DNA of 64,000 nt from positions 471,071 to 535,070 of the forward strand of contig CAVTBR010000002.1 in the NCBI GenBank assembly GCA_963733055.1. Direction: 5' to 3'. Shown in pieces: positions 28,764 to 38,581 of the stretch; position 1 is the stretch's first letter; each line of letters starts with the position of its first letter. Source of the stretch: Candidatus Bathyarchaeota archaeon (GTDB lineage Archaea; Thermoproteota; Bathyarchaeia; 40CM-2-53-6). Under the pieces are notes generated by a model. It was not told the DNA's origin. It searched no databases and was given only the letters and a program-made list of their open reading frames with translations. Position numbers and translations under genes: made by a program.

Positions 28764-29603
28764 TCAAAGGGTTGGGGCGCGAACCACGAAATAGCAGAAC
28801 GGATCAGATTTAGCTTCACAGCTCTTCTCTACTACCTCAACCCGGCTGCCGACCAACTCTGCAAACCAGCCGGCGATGTGGCCTCGAATGAAGTTGCTTC
28901 TCGGAATGGCCGATTCCTTGTAGGACGCACATTCGAAGTTATCCCGAACCCGAAACTCAGCATTTTTCCGATCCAAGTCCACCGATACTATTTCGAATAT
29001 GCCCCAGCCGTTCGATGAGTATAACCCAACTATCGACCCAAGCTCATCACGTACGACACTTCCGAGCTGAGTGAGCAGATCCTTCATGATCGCTCTGCCC
29101 GCCGCCTCCCCCATTTCAAACATCACGACCCGGGCCGCCGCTCCGTCGCCAAAGACGCCCGTGATTCGAGAGAAGATTGACGCTAGGGAGTCAGTCCTCA
29201 TTAGGATGGCACGCTGCCCACCCCAACGCAACGGAAAATGGAATGAATCAATCAACAAACCCCTCCTTGGGATCTTGAAGCGAACTTCCACCGTCGACGG
29301 AAGAAATTCAAGCTCCTTAGCCAGTTCATCTGGACTGATCTCCGTTCCAGTAAAATCTGCGAAGAAACTCCAAAACGCGTGATTGGAATCGGATTTGGCG
29401 TGGTGGAAACCCGACAGGATGTTAACCTTATGCCTGGTTGCAATCGCAGAAGAGACCTCAAGCGCACCCGGCGTGTTCTTCATTCTGACCACGAAGTGTG
29501 CGAGCTTTCTATCCGGTCCAAATTCGAATGAGAGAACATCCTTAGGAACATGCTCTTCGCTATCGGAGAAAGAAGGAGTTGCGTCTGCAACGGTTTCCTG
29601 CAA
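28764..29603 (-). CDS. ACT + V4R (4-vinyl reductase) domain protein
   Basis: KNTPGAL..VNILSG ACT region; GWG, NFEC, RGHIAG and EKSCEAKSDPFCYF V4R motifs. Confidence 0.85.
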   Translation of the reverse strand: MQETVADATPSFSDSEEHVPKDVLSFEFGPDRKLAHFVVRMKNTPGALEVSSAIATRHKVNILSGFHHAKSDSNHAFWSFFADFTGTEISPDELAKELEFLPSTVEVRFKIPRRGLLIDSFHFPLRWGGQRAILMRTDSLASIFSRITGVFGDGAAARVVMFEMGEAAGRAIMKDLLTQLGSVVRDELGSIVGLYSSNGWGIFEIVSVDLDRKNAEFRVRDNFECASYKESAIPRSNFIRGHIAGWFAELVGSRVEVVEKSCEAKSDPFCYFVVRAPTL

Positions 29604-29692
29604 GGCCTAGCTGTCATCGCGAGTGCACTCTATAAGCGCATTCAGGGCTGGGCATCGCCTTTGTTCAAATCTCTAAACTAAAATGGGACGTA

Positions 29693-30349
29693 ATGGTCGA
29701 CTTCCGGGAAAGGTTTATTATTCTCGAATCGACTTCGATTTTGTACGAATCCAATTCGATGATGATAGACATGGTGGATAAATCAAACGGGCCGTCTGAT
29801 ATCGATAAACTAGGAGAAGAGGTTGCGAAACTTCGCGAAGAGGTTCAGCGGATTTCAAGTGCTATTCCTCACCAGAACACCGCTCGAGGCGACGAATCCC
29901 CGAGGCGAAACTTTACGCAATCACTTTCAGAATATGTGAACGATGTCGTTGAGAGTGTCACGTCCGGTATTTCCTCGGAGATTGAAAAATCAGTTTTCGT
30001 AGATCCCACGGGGGCTTGGTTCGACCGTCACATAGCGAGAGTGCAGGCAAGAGCAATCACTCCCGCCGAAGCCGAGCGCACCGCGACATTGATGAGCGCG
30101 ATGGCGAGTGAGCATCGATTAAGGATACTAAACGAACTGCTTTACGGAGGGAGATATGCCGGCGAGATCGAGTCCGTTCTCAAAGACATTTCCCCAAGCA
30201 CAATCTCGAACCACCTCAAGATACTGCAGGAGGCGGGGCTCGTGATTCAGGAGGGCGACCGCGGCCGGTACCTAGTCACTCTACCGGGAAGAATTGCCCT
30301 CAAAATGGCTACTCGACTCACGCGCTTCCTGGAACGCCGCAAATCATAG
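29693..30349 (+). CDS. ArsR-family winged-HTH regulator (true start probably 29759-29772)
   Basis: AMASEHRLRIL and STISNHLKILQEAGLV motifs. Confidence 0.85.
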   Translation: MVDFRERFIILESTSILYESNSMMIDMVDKSNGPSDIDKLGEEVAKLREEVQRISSAIPHQNTARGDESPRRNFTQSLSEYVNDVVESVTSGISSEIEKSVFVDPTGAWFDRHIARVQARAITPAEAERTATLMSAMASEHRLRILNELLYGGRYAGEIESVLKDISPSTISNHLKILQEAGLVIQEGDRGRYLVTLPGRIALKMATRLTRFLERRKS

Positions 30350-30460
30350 CACGTACAGACCAAGTCACACGCTAAACGCGACCACCCGCTGATTTTCGCA
30401 AATCGACGGCGGGCGTATGGGATTATATGACCGTATTCCGGTCCTAAATCAAACCCTAGT

Positions 30461-31384
30461 GTGTCGGAGCAAAAACACGTGACCCAGGCCAGTTTGAAAT
30501 TGCACGGAATCATCACCGCATTACTCACACCCTTTTCAAGTAATGGTCAAGTCGATGAGGCGGCTATTCGCGAACTTGTCCAATTTCAAATCAAGAGTGG
30601 TGTTAACGGTTTGTTCCCGCTCGGCACGACGGGTATGGGCCCTGCGATGGAACCCGGCGAAAGGAAGCAAGTCGCTGAGATCGTGGTGAACGAGGCGAAT
30701 GGCAGGGTTCCGGTTATTGTTCAAGTGGGCGCAGCCGATCCTGCCGCGAGCGTTGACTTGGCGCGCCATGCTGAGAAATGTGGAGCAGACGCCGTAGCCT
30801 GCTTGACCCCTTTCTACTACCATCCAGGAACTGATGCGACCATAGAGCACTTCAAACGTATGGCTACGTCAACGAAGCTGCCAGTCTTAGTGTACAACAT
30901 CCCCAGCAATACTGGAAATAATGTGGACGCGAAACTGCTCGCCCAACTTAGCCGTATTCCAAATATCGTGGGTATCAAGGATAGCAGCCGCGACTTCCCA
31001 CAGTTGCTGGATTATTTGGCAAACGTGCCGCCTGGGTTCGCGGTGATAAATGGAACCGACTCATACCTCTTCTCAGCCTTCTGCGCTGGTGTGAACGCGG
31101 GCGTTTCGGCAACAGCCAACGCGGTTCCGGAACTATTCGTGGAGATGTATGGGGCTTTCAAGGCGAGCGATCTCACGAAGGGGGCGAGATTGCAGAGGAA
31201 GATACACTCACTGCGCGCCGCCATGAGCAACCCCCCTCTCACCCCGCTGCTTGAAGTACTGAAGATGCGGGGGCTTAAGTCGGGGTACGTGAGGTCGCCG
31301 TTGCGCTCAATGACGAGTGAAGAAGTTGCAGCTCTAAGATCAACCGTAGCTGGGCTTGCGCCGGAAATCGTAACGGCCGCCTAG
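30461..31384 (+). CDS. DapA/NanA family class I aldolase
   Basis: LLTPF, LGTTG, VYNIP and GIKDS motifs. Confidence 0.9.
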   Translation: MSEQKHVTQASLKLHGIITALLTPFSSNGQVDEAAIRELVQFQIKSGVNGLFPLGTTGMGPAMEPGERKQVAEIVVNEANGRVPVIVQVGAADPAASVDLARHAEKCGADAVACLTPFYYHPGTDATIEHFKRMATSTKLPVLVYNIPSNTGNNVDAKLLAQLSRIPNIVGIKDSSRDFPQLLDYLANVPPGFAVINGTDSYLFSAFCAGVNAGVSATANAVPELFVEMYGAFKASDLTKGARLQRKIHSLRAAMSNPPLTPLLEVLKMRGLKSGYVRSPLRSMTSEEVAALRSTVAGLAPEIVTAA

Positions 31385-32475
31385 CCCTTGGACACGAACG
31401 TATCCAAAGTCGGTTTCGTTGTAGATTTCTCGGGGTTCTCAGATAGACCAGACAATCTCACGCCCACCAGTCTTACCTTCTTTGGACGGTCCCTGAATTC
31501 TAGAAGCAGTTCCTGAATCGTAGTTTGGATTGATCGTTTATCGGTGGTTGAGAATCGCAAACTCTTCTCCCTCGTGTACGTCTCAAACCCCGTGAAGCGT
31601 ATCTTCAACCCGACCGTGCGAAAACTCATGTTCGCCTCGACCAAGCGCTTGTGAACATAATCAACCAAGTTAACCAGTTCCTCGTTTACCGTCAACCAAT
31701 CGTTGGTATCCATTTCGAATGTATGTTCGCCGCCAATCGACTTCATCTCATAATTCTCTTGAACCTCCACACGTTCTTCCGCATTCGCTATCGCCCAGAG
31801 CCAGACTGCTGACTTCCCGAACTGCTTGTACAGGGACCGTGCAGAGTATGAGGCTAGGTCACCTATGGTTTTGATTCCAAGCTCGTTAAGTCGCGTCTCC
31901 GTCTTCTCTCCAATTCCTGAAATCTTTGAGACCGCTAGCGGTGCTAGGAATTCATTCACTCGTTCGGGTTCGATGTAGGTGAGGCCGTCGGGTTTTTGGT
32001 AGTCCGAGGCGATTTTGGCGGCTGATTTGTTTGGGGCGATTCCGATGGAACACGTTAGTCGCTCTTTCTCTTTGAGTTCAGCCTTAATTGCCCCCGCCAA
32101 CGCGACCGGCCCGCCAGATGTTTTGGACCGTTCGGTCACGTCTAGGAAGGCTTCGTCTATGCTTACTTGTTCGAACTTGTCGGCATATTTCCTGATACGT
32201 TCCATGACATCTGCGGAGACTTGGCCGTATAGCGGCAGGTTTGGTCGAACGTATGCTCCGTCGGGGCAGAGTCGGTATGCTCTTGAGATTGGCTGGCCGG
32301 AGTGAAGCCCTCGCTTCCTAGCTTCATATGAGCAGGCGACAACTACTCCCCTCCCTTTTCCCTTCTTCGGATCAGCCCCGATGATTAGGGGAACGTCACG
32401 TAGGGCTGGGTTCTCTCTCTGTTCGACTGAGGCGTAGAACGCGTCTAGATCGACGTGGAAGATGACGCGCACCAA
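31381..32475 (-). CDS. dinB: DNA polymerase IV (Y family)
   Basis: HVDLDAFYASVE, CSYEAR, SIDEAFLD and KPDG motifs. Confidence 0.96.
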   Translation of the reverse strand: MVRVIFHVDLDAFYASVEQRENPALRDVPLIIGADPKKGKGRGVVVACSYEARKRGLHSGQPISRAYRLCPDGAYVRPNLPLYGQVSADVMERIRKYADKFEQVSIDEAFLDVTERSKTSGGPVALAGAIKAELKEKERLTCSIGIAPNKSAAKIASDYQKPDGLTYIEPERVNEFLAPLAVSKISGIGEKTETRLNELGIKTIGDLASYSARSLYKQFGKSAVWLWAIANAEERVEVQENYEMKSIGGEHTFEMDTNDWLTVNEELVNLVDYVHKRLVEANMSFRTVGLKIRFTGFETYTREKSLRFSTTDKRSIQTTIQELLLEFRDRPKKVRLVGVRLSGLSENPEKSTTKPTLDTFVSKG

Positions 32476-32596
32476 CTCCGGAACCTTCCTAGCTTCGATT
32501 TGTAGTTTGACAAATAATTCGTCGGTGTCATGTCGATTTAAGGCCTTAATTCGTCACCGAGTTAAGGAGATGAAATGGCATGATAACGTGGTTCAA

Positions 32597-33733
32597 TCAG
32601 AGATGTGAGAGGTTGAGACGTCGGCGCAATAACAGAAGAGCAGCGGACACTAGCATCACAGCCGCTGTTAAGAGTCCTGGTGAGACAAATTCTGGAACTG
32701 GAAACTGGGAGATCGGCAGTATGGCTACCCCCAGCCCTGAAACGGATGGCGTCCATCCCTCATAGTATACATAGTATTGGTTGCCAACCGATATGACCAT
32801 CGGATCACTTATCCCTTGACTGTCAAACGCAATACCGCCAAGATTCGGAGCTACTACCGGGTTGCTTGCATAAGGAGCCGAATTGATCCCGTCCGTGGAG
32901 CTTGCGAACCCGATGTAGTAGTGATTGCTTGCCTGAGTGCTATTCCCGCTGTAGGCCATTAAGTATCCTCCGTAGGTTGCAGTTACACTGTAGAGGGAGT
33001 TCCAGTTCGCGTCCCACGTTCCTTTAGGAATCGGTGGCATGAGGCCTTCTCTTGTCCAATGTATTCCGTCGGTTGATGTAGCGACCCCGGTTTGGGCTAC
33101 TTGCTTTGAGTTTTCTCCTCGGTAATACATCGTGTAATTGGAACCTGTTTTAACTATGATTGGAAGATACACATATTTGCCATCCCACGATCCGTTGACG
33201 CCCGGCGTGAAGATCGGGTTGCCCGGGTATTTCGTCCAGTTTATTCCGTCAGGTGAAGTTGCGTAACCAATTTCCCATGTGAAAAGTGTCTGATTCTGTA
33301 TGTCGTAGGTTTGTCCACCGTACCACATCTTGTATCCCCCGCTCTCTTGTATGACCCACGCTTGGTTAACTGAACCTGAATCCCATTGACCTGGAGCCCC
33401 GATTGAGAGGACTGGCTGTTGTCCGTACCTGCTCCACGAGATTCCGTCGTTTGACGTTGCAAGTCCAATTTGGTCAACTCCGTTGTTGGCTTCTCCGGAA
33501 TACCACATCATGAACGACGAACCGGTATGGATTACAACGGGTCTCCAATCGAAGGATGCCTCCCATGTGTTCGTGGATGGAGGCAGCACTTCCTGACCAG
33601 TTACTGACGCACTTGCGTGTGGCATCAAAGTTACGGATGTTAAAAGAAGAATGCATAACCCCAACAGAATTATCCGCATAGCACAGGACCGATCAACAAT
33701 AACACGTTGGTTGCTTAACACTTTCCATGACAT
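32597..33733 (-). CDS. Surface-anchored five-bladed beta-propeller glycosidase-like protein (GH43/32/130 clan) with VPEF sorting signal; true start probably near 33679
   Basis: Repeated IGxATSxDGIxW and MWYxG blades; C-terminus PVPEF-TM-RRR. Confidence 0.8.
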   Translation of the reverse strand: MSWKVLSNQRVIVDRSCAMRIILLGLCILLLTSVTLMPHASASVTGQEVLPPSTNTWEASFDWRPVVIHTGSSFMMWYSGEANNGVDQIGLATSNDGISWSRYGQQPVLSIGAPGQWDSGSVNQAWVIQESGGYKMWYGGQTYDIQNQTLFTWEIGYATSPDGINWTKYPGNPIFTPGVNGSWDGKYVYLPIIVKTGSNYTMYYRGENSKQVAQTGVATSTDGIHWTREGLMPPIPKGTWDANWNSLYSVTATYGGYLMAYSGNSTQASNHYYIGFASSTDGINSAPYASNPVVAPNLGGIAFDSQGISDPMVISVGNQYYVYYEGWTPSVSGLGVAILPISQFPVPEFVSPGLLTAAVMLVSAALLLLRRRLNLSHL

Positions 33734-33936
33734 AAGGAATTCAATTCACAGCTTCGAAAAACCTGAACACCGACAAGAAACCGGGGGCACCTCCAGAGAA
33801 TTTAGTGGCATTTAAGATCTGGGAGAATTCCTTCGGAAAAGGCAGAATCACCGACATCGATCTTCGGCCTTAAATCCACGAGTTAAGGAACTAAAATCAT
33901 TCAAATAATCAGTTAACTACGGGGCTTCTTGCCAAG

Positions 33937-34749
33937 CTATCTATTTGCGAAATCGAAGAGGGTCTTTTGATTCTTAGAGCCGCCCTTCAAGCTCGACCAA
34001 TCCAACTCCACCAGCCCCATGAGACGCCTGAATTCGTTTACGGACGCTGGTCCGAAGCCGGCGAAGTGGTTGTTGAAGAAAACGAAACGGTCTTTCACCG
34101 AGTCTCCCACCTCATCAAGCGCTTTCTTCCAGGTCTGCATCGTTTGCGTTTGATCCCTCTGCGTTTCCTTGAACTCCGTTATCGCCCTGTCTCCGACGAG
34201 GCGGAGGTAGACTATGTCGGAGGTGAGGGTTGGGGGCGTTGTGAGGTATTGGTTGACGGACCAGACTTGGCAGATATTGTTGCTCTGGAGCAGCTTCTGC
34301 GTTTCGGGGTTGAACCAAGACTTGTGCCGAAACTCTACCGCATACCTAGACTTCGGGTTCAGCTCCGCGATAAAGTTCGCCAGCGCCCTCTCGTGCTTTG
34401 GAAGTTTGAATGAGGGTGGGAGTTGGATGACGAATGGCCCTAGTTTTTCTTGAAGCTGTTCCAGCGTTCTTGTGAAATGGGATAGGTACGATGAAACGTC
34501 CTCCAGGTGCTGGTCGTGTGTTATTCGTTTGGGGAGTTTCGGTGAGAAGACGAATCCGTTAGGGGTATTACTGTACCATTGCTGAATCATGGCTGGGGAT
34601 GGGGCGCGGTAGAAGGTTGAATCTATCTCCACGCAATCGAAAACTTGTGAATAGAGGCTCAGGTACTGATTGGGTTCGGTTTCTTTGGGGTAAAACGGGC
34701 CTACCCAATCTGCGTACGACCAACCGCTGCACCCGATCCTAAGCGCCAA
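33937..34749 (-). CDS. DUF72 family protein
   Basis: IGCSGWSY, VEIDSTFY, QLPPSF, VEFRH and FFNNH motifs. Confidence 0.92.
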   Translation of the reverse strand: MALRIGCSGWSYADWVGPFYPKETEPNQYLSLYSQVFDCVEIDSTFYRAPSPAMIQQWYSNTPNGFVFSPKLPKRITHDQHLEDVSSYLSHFTRTLEQLQEKLGPFVIQLPPSFKLPKHERALANFIAELNPKSRYAVEFRHKSWFNPETQKLLQSNNICQVWSVNQYLTTPPTLTSDIVYLRLVGDRAITEFKETQRDQTQTMQTWKKALDEVGDSVKDRFVFFNNHFAGFGPASVNEFRRLMGLVELDWSSLKGGSKNQKTLFDFANR

Positions 34750-34803
34750 GATTGTTCCTAAGGGATATTCGTGAACTCAGTTAAGAAGAGTTTTCGAAGA
34801 TTT

Positions 34804-34843
34804 GGGCTACCCCAGTATGGGTAACGTCAACTTGTCGGTTGAT
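34804..34843 (-). repeat. Family-2 intergenic motif, left inverted copy flanking 34992-35336
   Basis: Reverse complement CATCAACCGACAAGTTGACGTTACCC matches 35380-35405 and 36057-36081. Confidence 0.65.
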
Positions 34844-34991
34844 GCCAAACCGAATGATTGGCCTTAATCCAGAATGCGAGCAAGGAGCTGACTTGATTTT
34901 TTGCCGAGGCTTACATCGGGTTAGATTACTTATGGAATATTGGAAAAGCATATTTGCTCATATGTGGAAGCATGCTTGCTTCTGCTAAAAT

Positions 34992-35336
34992 TTGAAACCG
35001 GAAGAGATTTTCGCGCTTCATCCCAAGATCAGGTGGGCTGGATTAGCGACAAACAAGGGCGCGGTCGTTTTCGCACAAATGAGAAAGGGCGTGACAAGTT
35101 TCACTCCCGATACTAACAAGTTAGCTGATTTTGAGATACGAGCCCAATACATCATTGAATCCGCAGAACTAGAAGGGAAATGGGTTGGACCATTAGACCA
35201 CATAACATTCTGCTTTGAGAAATACGTTGAACTCATCGTACCGATCAAGGACGGTTACGTGGCAATCAACCTGGAAAAAGACGTACCATCCGAAGCATAC
35301 CCAAGAATCTCTAAATCCATCCGCGAACTCGAATAA
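34992..35336 (+). CDS. Roadblock/profilin-like small protein (DUF6659-like)
   Basis: 114 aa; KIRWAGL..G and GPLDHI pattern seen in this archaeal family. Confidence 0.6.
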   Translation: MKPEEIFALHPKIRWAGLATNKGAVVFAQMRKGVTSFTPDTNKLADFEIRAQYIIESAELEGKWVGPLDHITFCFEKYVELIVPIKDGYVAINLEKDVPSEAYPRISKSIRELE

Positions 35337-35379
35337 GAATCCGCATCAACCGATCATAGACAATGAGAAAATGTGCGCC

Positions 35380-35419
35380 CATTAACCGTTAACTTGACGT
35401 TACCCCAGTATGGCATCCC
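35380..35419 (+). repeat. Family-2 intergenic motif, right copy
   Basis: CATTAACCGTTAACTTGACGTTACCCCAGTATGG; shares the TACCCCAGTATGG core with 34808-34820. Confidence 0.65.
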
Positions 35420-35567
35420 TCTTCCGATAGGAACCGCGAAACAGGTTGATCTAGGAGGCAGCTTGAGGTTCACGTTTGATGAAACTAGGTGTGAAATTCC
35501 GGTTGATGCAAAGGCGAAGCCATGAAGTCTTATTAACTTCTGAAACTCGACCTAGCGCCGGGTTCGT

Positions 35568-36008
35568 TTGATGAAGCTTGGAACGGCTTGGGTAAAGTAC
35601 GCCGTGCTTTTGGCAATTGTCTTAGCCTTGGCGATGCCTACGATTCCAAGCGCTAGATCACTTGGTCCGATGCAGGCTTGCCCTGCACTCTTTACATTTA
35701 CGTCTTCTTCAACGACGACAGTGGCAACATCAACTTCGAATACCCAAGTTGCTGGGTTGAGTGCCGTCTCCACACTTTCCTCTTTCCATATAACGAGTAC
35801 ATCAACTAGTGCAACTTGTAGTAGTATCACGAGCCCTATCGGTCTTACTATCGAGAATGACTTTGAGTTTAACTTCGTTACAATTGTAATCGTTCTCGGA
35901 ATACCTCTGGCTATTCCCGAATACCCCCTCGGCCTATTCATATTGGGAATTTTCATGCTAGCCGCATACGCCTACATTAAACGCAGGGCAACACGAAAAC
36001 AAGACTAG
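35568..36008 (+). CDS. Short Ser/Thr-rich surface protein with IPEYP sorting signal
   Basis: Signal peptide; AIPEYPLG-TM-KRR; upstream GTCTTATTAACTTCTGAAAC promoter motif. Confidence 0.8.
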   Translation: MMKLGTAWVKYAVLLAIVLALAMPTIPSARSLGPMQACPALFTFTSSSTTTVATSTSNTQVAGLSAVSTLSSFHITSTSTSATCSSITSPIGLTIENDFEFNFVTIVIVLGIPLAIPEYPLGLFILGIFMLAAYAYIKRRATRKQD

Positions 36009-36158
36009 AACTAACAGGAACCAAGGTATCATCAATTCACTTTTCACAAGGGAATCCATCAACCGACAACTTCACCTTACCATCTAGGACACTCCTGACC
36101 GGCAGACTTTACTTGACGCCGCAGACAGCTTCAGAAGCGAATAGTTCGGGGAGTCATT

Positions 36159-36875
36159 ATGGCGACTGCTGTGGGTCGACAATCCAAGAAATCTGAAGAT
36201 CACGAGGAGGACTCATTCCGAAAGACATTGCAAATTGCAACCGTGGGTGAGGATTCGGAGGGAGTCCTTGCGGGCGTGAGAAACGCACCCGCTAACAAGC
36301 TTATTCTCTTGTGCTATGAGCGAGACAAGGAGGTGGCCCAACGCCTCGCGTCGACTATCAGTAATACGCTGAAGACGGAGGTGGAAGTGCACGATAAGAT
36401 AAGGCCCGAACACTCATACAAGGATATCATGCAGGTATTTTCGGAGATCGTCGAAAAGAACCGCGACAACTTCGAAGACTTTCTGTTAAACGTTAGCGGA
36501 GGAGACAAAATGATCTGTATCGCGGCAGCCGTCACCTCATTCATACTCGGCTTCAAGGCGTTTTTCTGTAAAGGGGATGAGTGCGTAATGCTCCCGCCAA
36601 TGAAGCTGAGCTATACGGAGTTGGTGTCCGAGGTGAAGATGAGCATACTGCGGGCTTTGGACCAGGCGGGTGGCGAAGTCGACAGCCTCGACGAACTCAG
36701 CAAACTGACCAACTACGGAAAACCACTCCTAAGCTACCACATCCACGGATCTGAAGACGCCCGAGGATTAATCGACCTAGGGCTCGCGAGAGCCACGAGG
36801 CATTCGAGAGGAAAAACCAAAGTCACCCTAACCACCCTCGGCAAGATGCTACTTGTCGAGAAAATCGAGGCGTAG
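36159..36875 (+). CDS. CARF-like Rossmann + winged-HTH regulator (DUF6293/Csa3-like)
   Basis: IATVG and LLNVSGGDK motifs; C-terminal KPLLSYHI..GLIDLGL..LTTLGK. Confidence 0.75.
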   Translation: MATAVGRQSKKSEDHEEDSFRKTLQIATVGEDSEGVLAGVRNAPANKLILLCYERDKEVAQRLASTISNTLKTEVEVHDKIRPEHSYKDIMQVFSEIVEKNRDNFEDFLLNVSGGDKMICIAAAVTSFILGFKAFFCKGDECVMLPPMKLSYTELVSEVKMSILRALDQAGGEVDSLDELSKLTNYGKPLLSYHIHGSEDARGLIDLGLARATRHSRGKTKVTLTTLGKMLLVEKIEA

Positions 36876-36882
36876 AAGAGCC

Positions 36883-37506
36883 ATGCTCACACTCTTCGAA
36901 GAACCATGGAGCCACTGGTGCGTCAAAGTCCGAAAGATAATGGATTACAAGAAGATCAAGTACAAACTCAACGCCGTAGGCGCCCATGATAAAAGAGAAC
37001 TACTCACAGCCACCGGCCAGGACTACGTCCCAGCCCTAGTTGACGGCAAACAGATAATCACCTACGCTGAGATTCCCGATTTCTTGGAGATAATGACTCC
37101 AGAACCGACAATATATCCCAACCACACGAGAGGGGAAGCGAAGGCGATTGAAAATTGGGCTCACTACCGACTAGAAGAAATGGTTTGGCAGTACGCCGTC
37201 CCAGACTTTCCGAAGACATTCAAGGACGACGTTGAGCGATGGGTCTTCGTCGAGCTCCAAGAAACAAAACGTGGGCCTCTGGAACGAGTCGAAGCCAGAA
37301 GACCAGAACTGAAGACCCAGATGGAAAATCATCTTCAGATTCTTGAGGAAATGTTAGCTGAACATAGATTCCTGCTCGACGACAAGCCTAGCTTAGCGGA
37401 CTTCGCCGTTCTTGGGGCCGTCAGCCCACTCAAATATTCGGGGAACAGTATTCCTGAAAGGTTCGAGAAACTGACCGCTTGGTACAGCAACGTGGACCGA
37501 CTCTGA
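36883..37506 (+). CDS. Glutathione S-transferase-like protein
   Basis: WSHWCVKVR, VPALVD and FLLDDKPSLADFAV motifs. Confidence 0.88.
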   Translation: MLTLFEEPWSHWCVKVRKIMDYKKIKYKLNAVGAHDKRELLTATGQDYVPALVDGKQIITYAEIPDFLEIMTPEPTIYPNHTRGEAKAIENWAHYRLEEMVWQYAVPDFPKTFKDDVERWVFVELQETKRGPLERVEARRPELKTQMENHLQILEEMLAEHRFLLDDKPSLADFAVLGAVSPLKYSGNSIPERFEKLTAWYSNVDRL

Positions 37507-37854
37507 CCGTCATTTAGGGCCGCTATTTCAATTGGGGAAGCGTGTAGCCGAGGAGGTTACCAATACACCGATAACGGATGCCCCCTAACTTCCACGAGGC
37601 ATACGCGAGAGCTCTACAAGAATCGGTTAGGGACAAGAACGGGACACATAAGAGACATTCGGATGTTCAGCCAAGTTCGCAACAATAGGATGGACCGGAT
37701 GAATGGTGAGCTGCGCGAAACTCACGGACGAATGAAACTCGTTCTAAGTAACGCGGATGTTTCTTAATTGAAACGTTTCTGTCCGAGGTTGCGGTTATCG
37801 ACATGTATTCTTATATTGAGTGGAGTACGAGCAAGGTAACAAGAACGATTCACT

Positions 37855-38508
37855 TTGCGGATTTCAGACGTTAAACCCGTTACGTTTCTAGTTGCGACTG
37901 TTCTAATTTTGTTGGCGAGTTCTCTTCCGCAAGCCTTTGCGACGACAACGCTTGCCTATGACAATGGCACATGGAACGGTTTCGGTGGATCACCAAACAC
38001 ATTTGCGGCCGTAATGTTCTCACTTCCAAGTGGAGCCTCCTCAGCGAAGCTGAGGTTTATTCGATGGACTTTTGGAGAGATTGCGACTCCTTTGGAGATT
38101 CATATAACTCAAGCGGACCACATTACCGAACTAGCTGGGTCACCCATTATGCTACCGAGTGACCCATCGGCGACAGGCTGCCCTCCAGGCTGGGGTGCTA
38201 CCTGTTTTGGCTTGGATGTTACCAGCTTCAATTTCGTGGTCACAGGCGACTTTTTTGTGATCATCCAGCAATCACCGGCTTCTGTCCTCAGCAGAGACAA
38301 TGGTGCCTGTACTGGACGATCCTACGAAGGCTCCTCGCTGGCTGGACTGAGTGCCAATTCGCTCTCCGGCCACTGCAACGAGCTCCTTCGCGTGGATGTA
38401 GACCCTACCTCTACTCCTATCCCAGAATACCCAATTGGCCTAACGATATTGGCAATATTCATGGTCATCGGCTACGGCCTAATCAAAAGAAGGACTATCA
38501 CGTATTAA
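37855..38508 (+). CDS. Secreted surface protein with IPEYP sorting signal
   Basis: Signal peptide, LAYDNG start of the mature domain, PIPEYPIG-TM-KRR. Confidence 0.82.
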   Translation: MRISDVKPVTFLVATVLILLASSLPQAFATTTLAYDNGTWNGFGGSPNTFAAVMFSLPSGASSAKLRFIRWTFGEIATPLEIHITQADHITELAGSPIMLPSDPSATGCPPGWGATCFGLDVTSFNFVVTGDFFVIIQQSPASVLSRDNGACTGRSYEGSSLAGLSANSLSGHCNELLRVDVDPTSTPIPEYPIGLTILAIFMVIGYGLIKRRTITY

Positions 38509-38581
38509 CGGTAAGAATCGGTGGAATCAACCGACCTTATCCACCGTAGATATCCGTTACCTTTCGGGCCTCTCCACGTTC

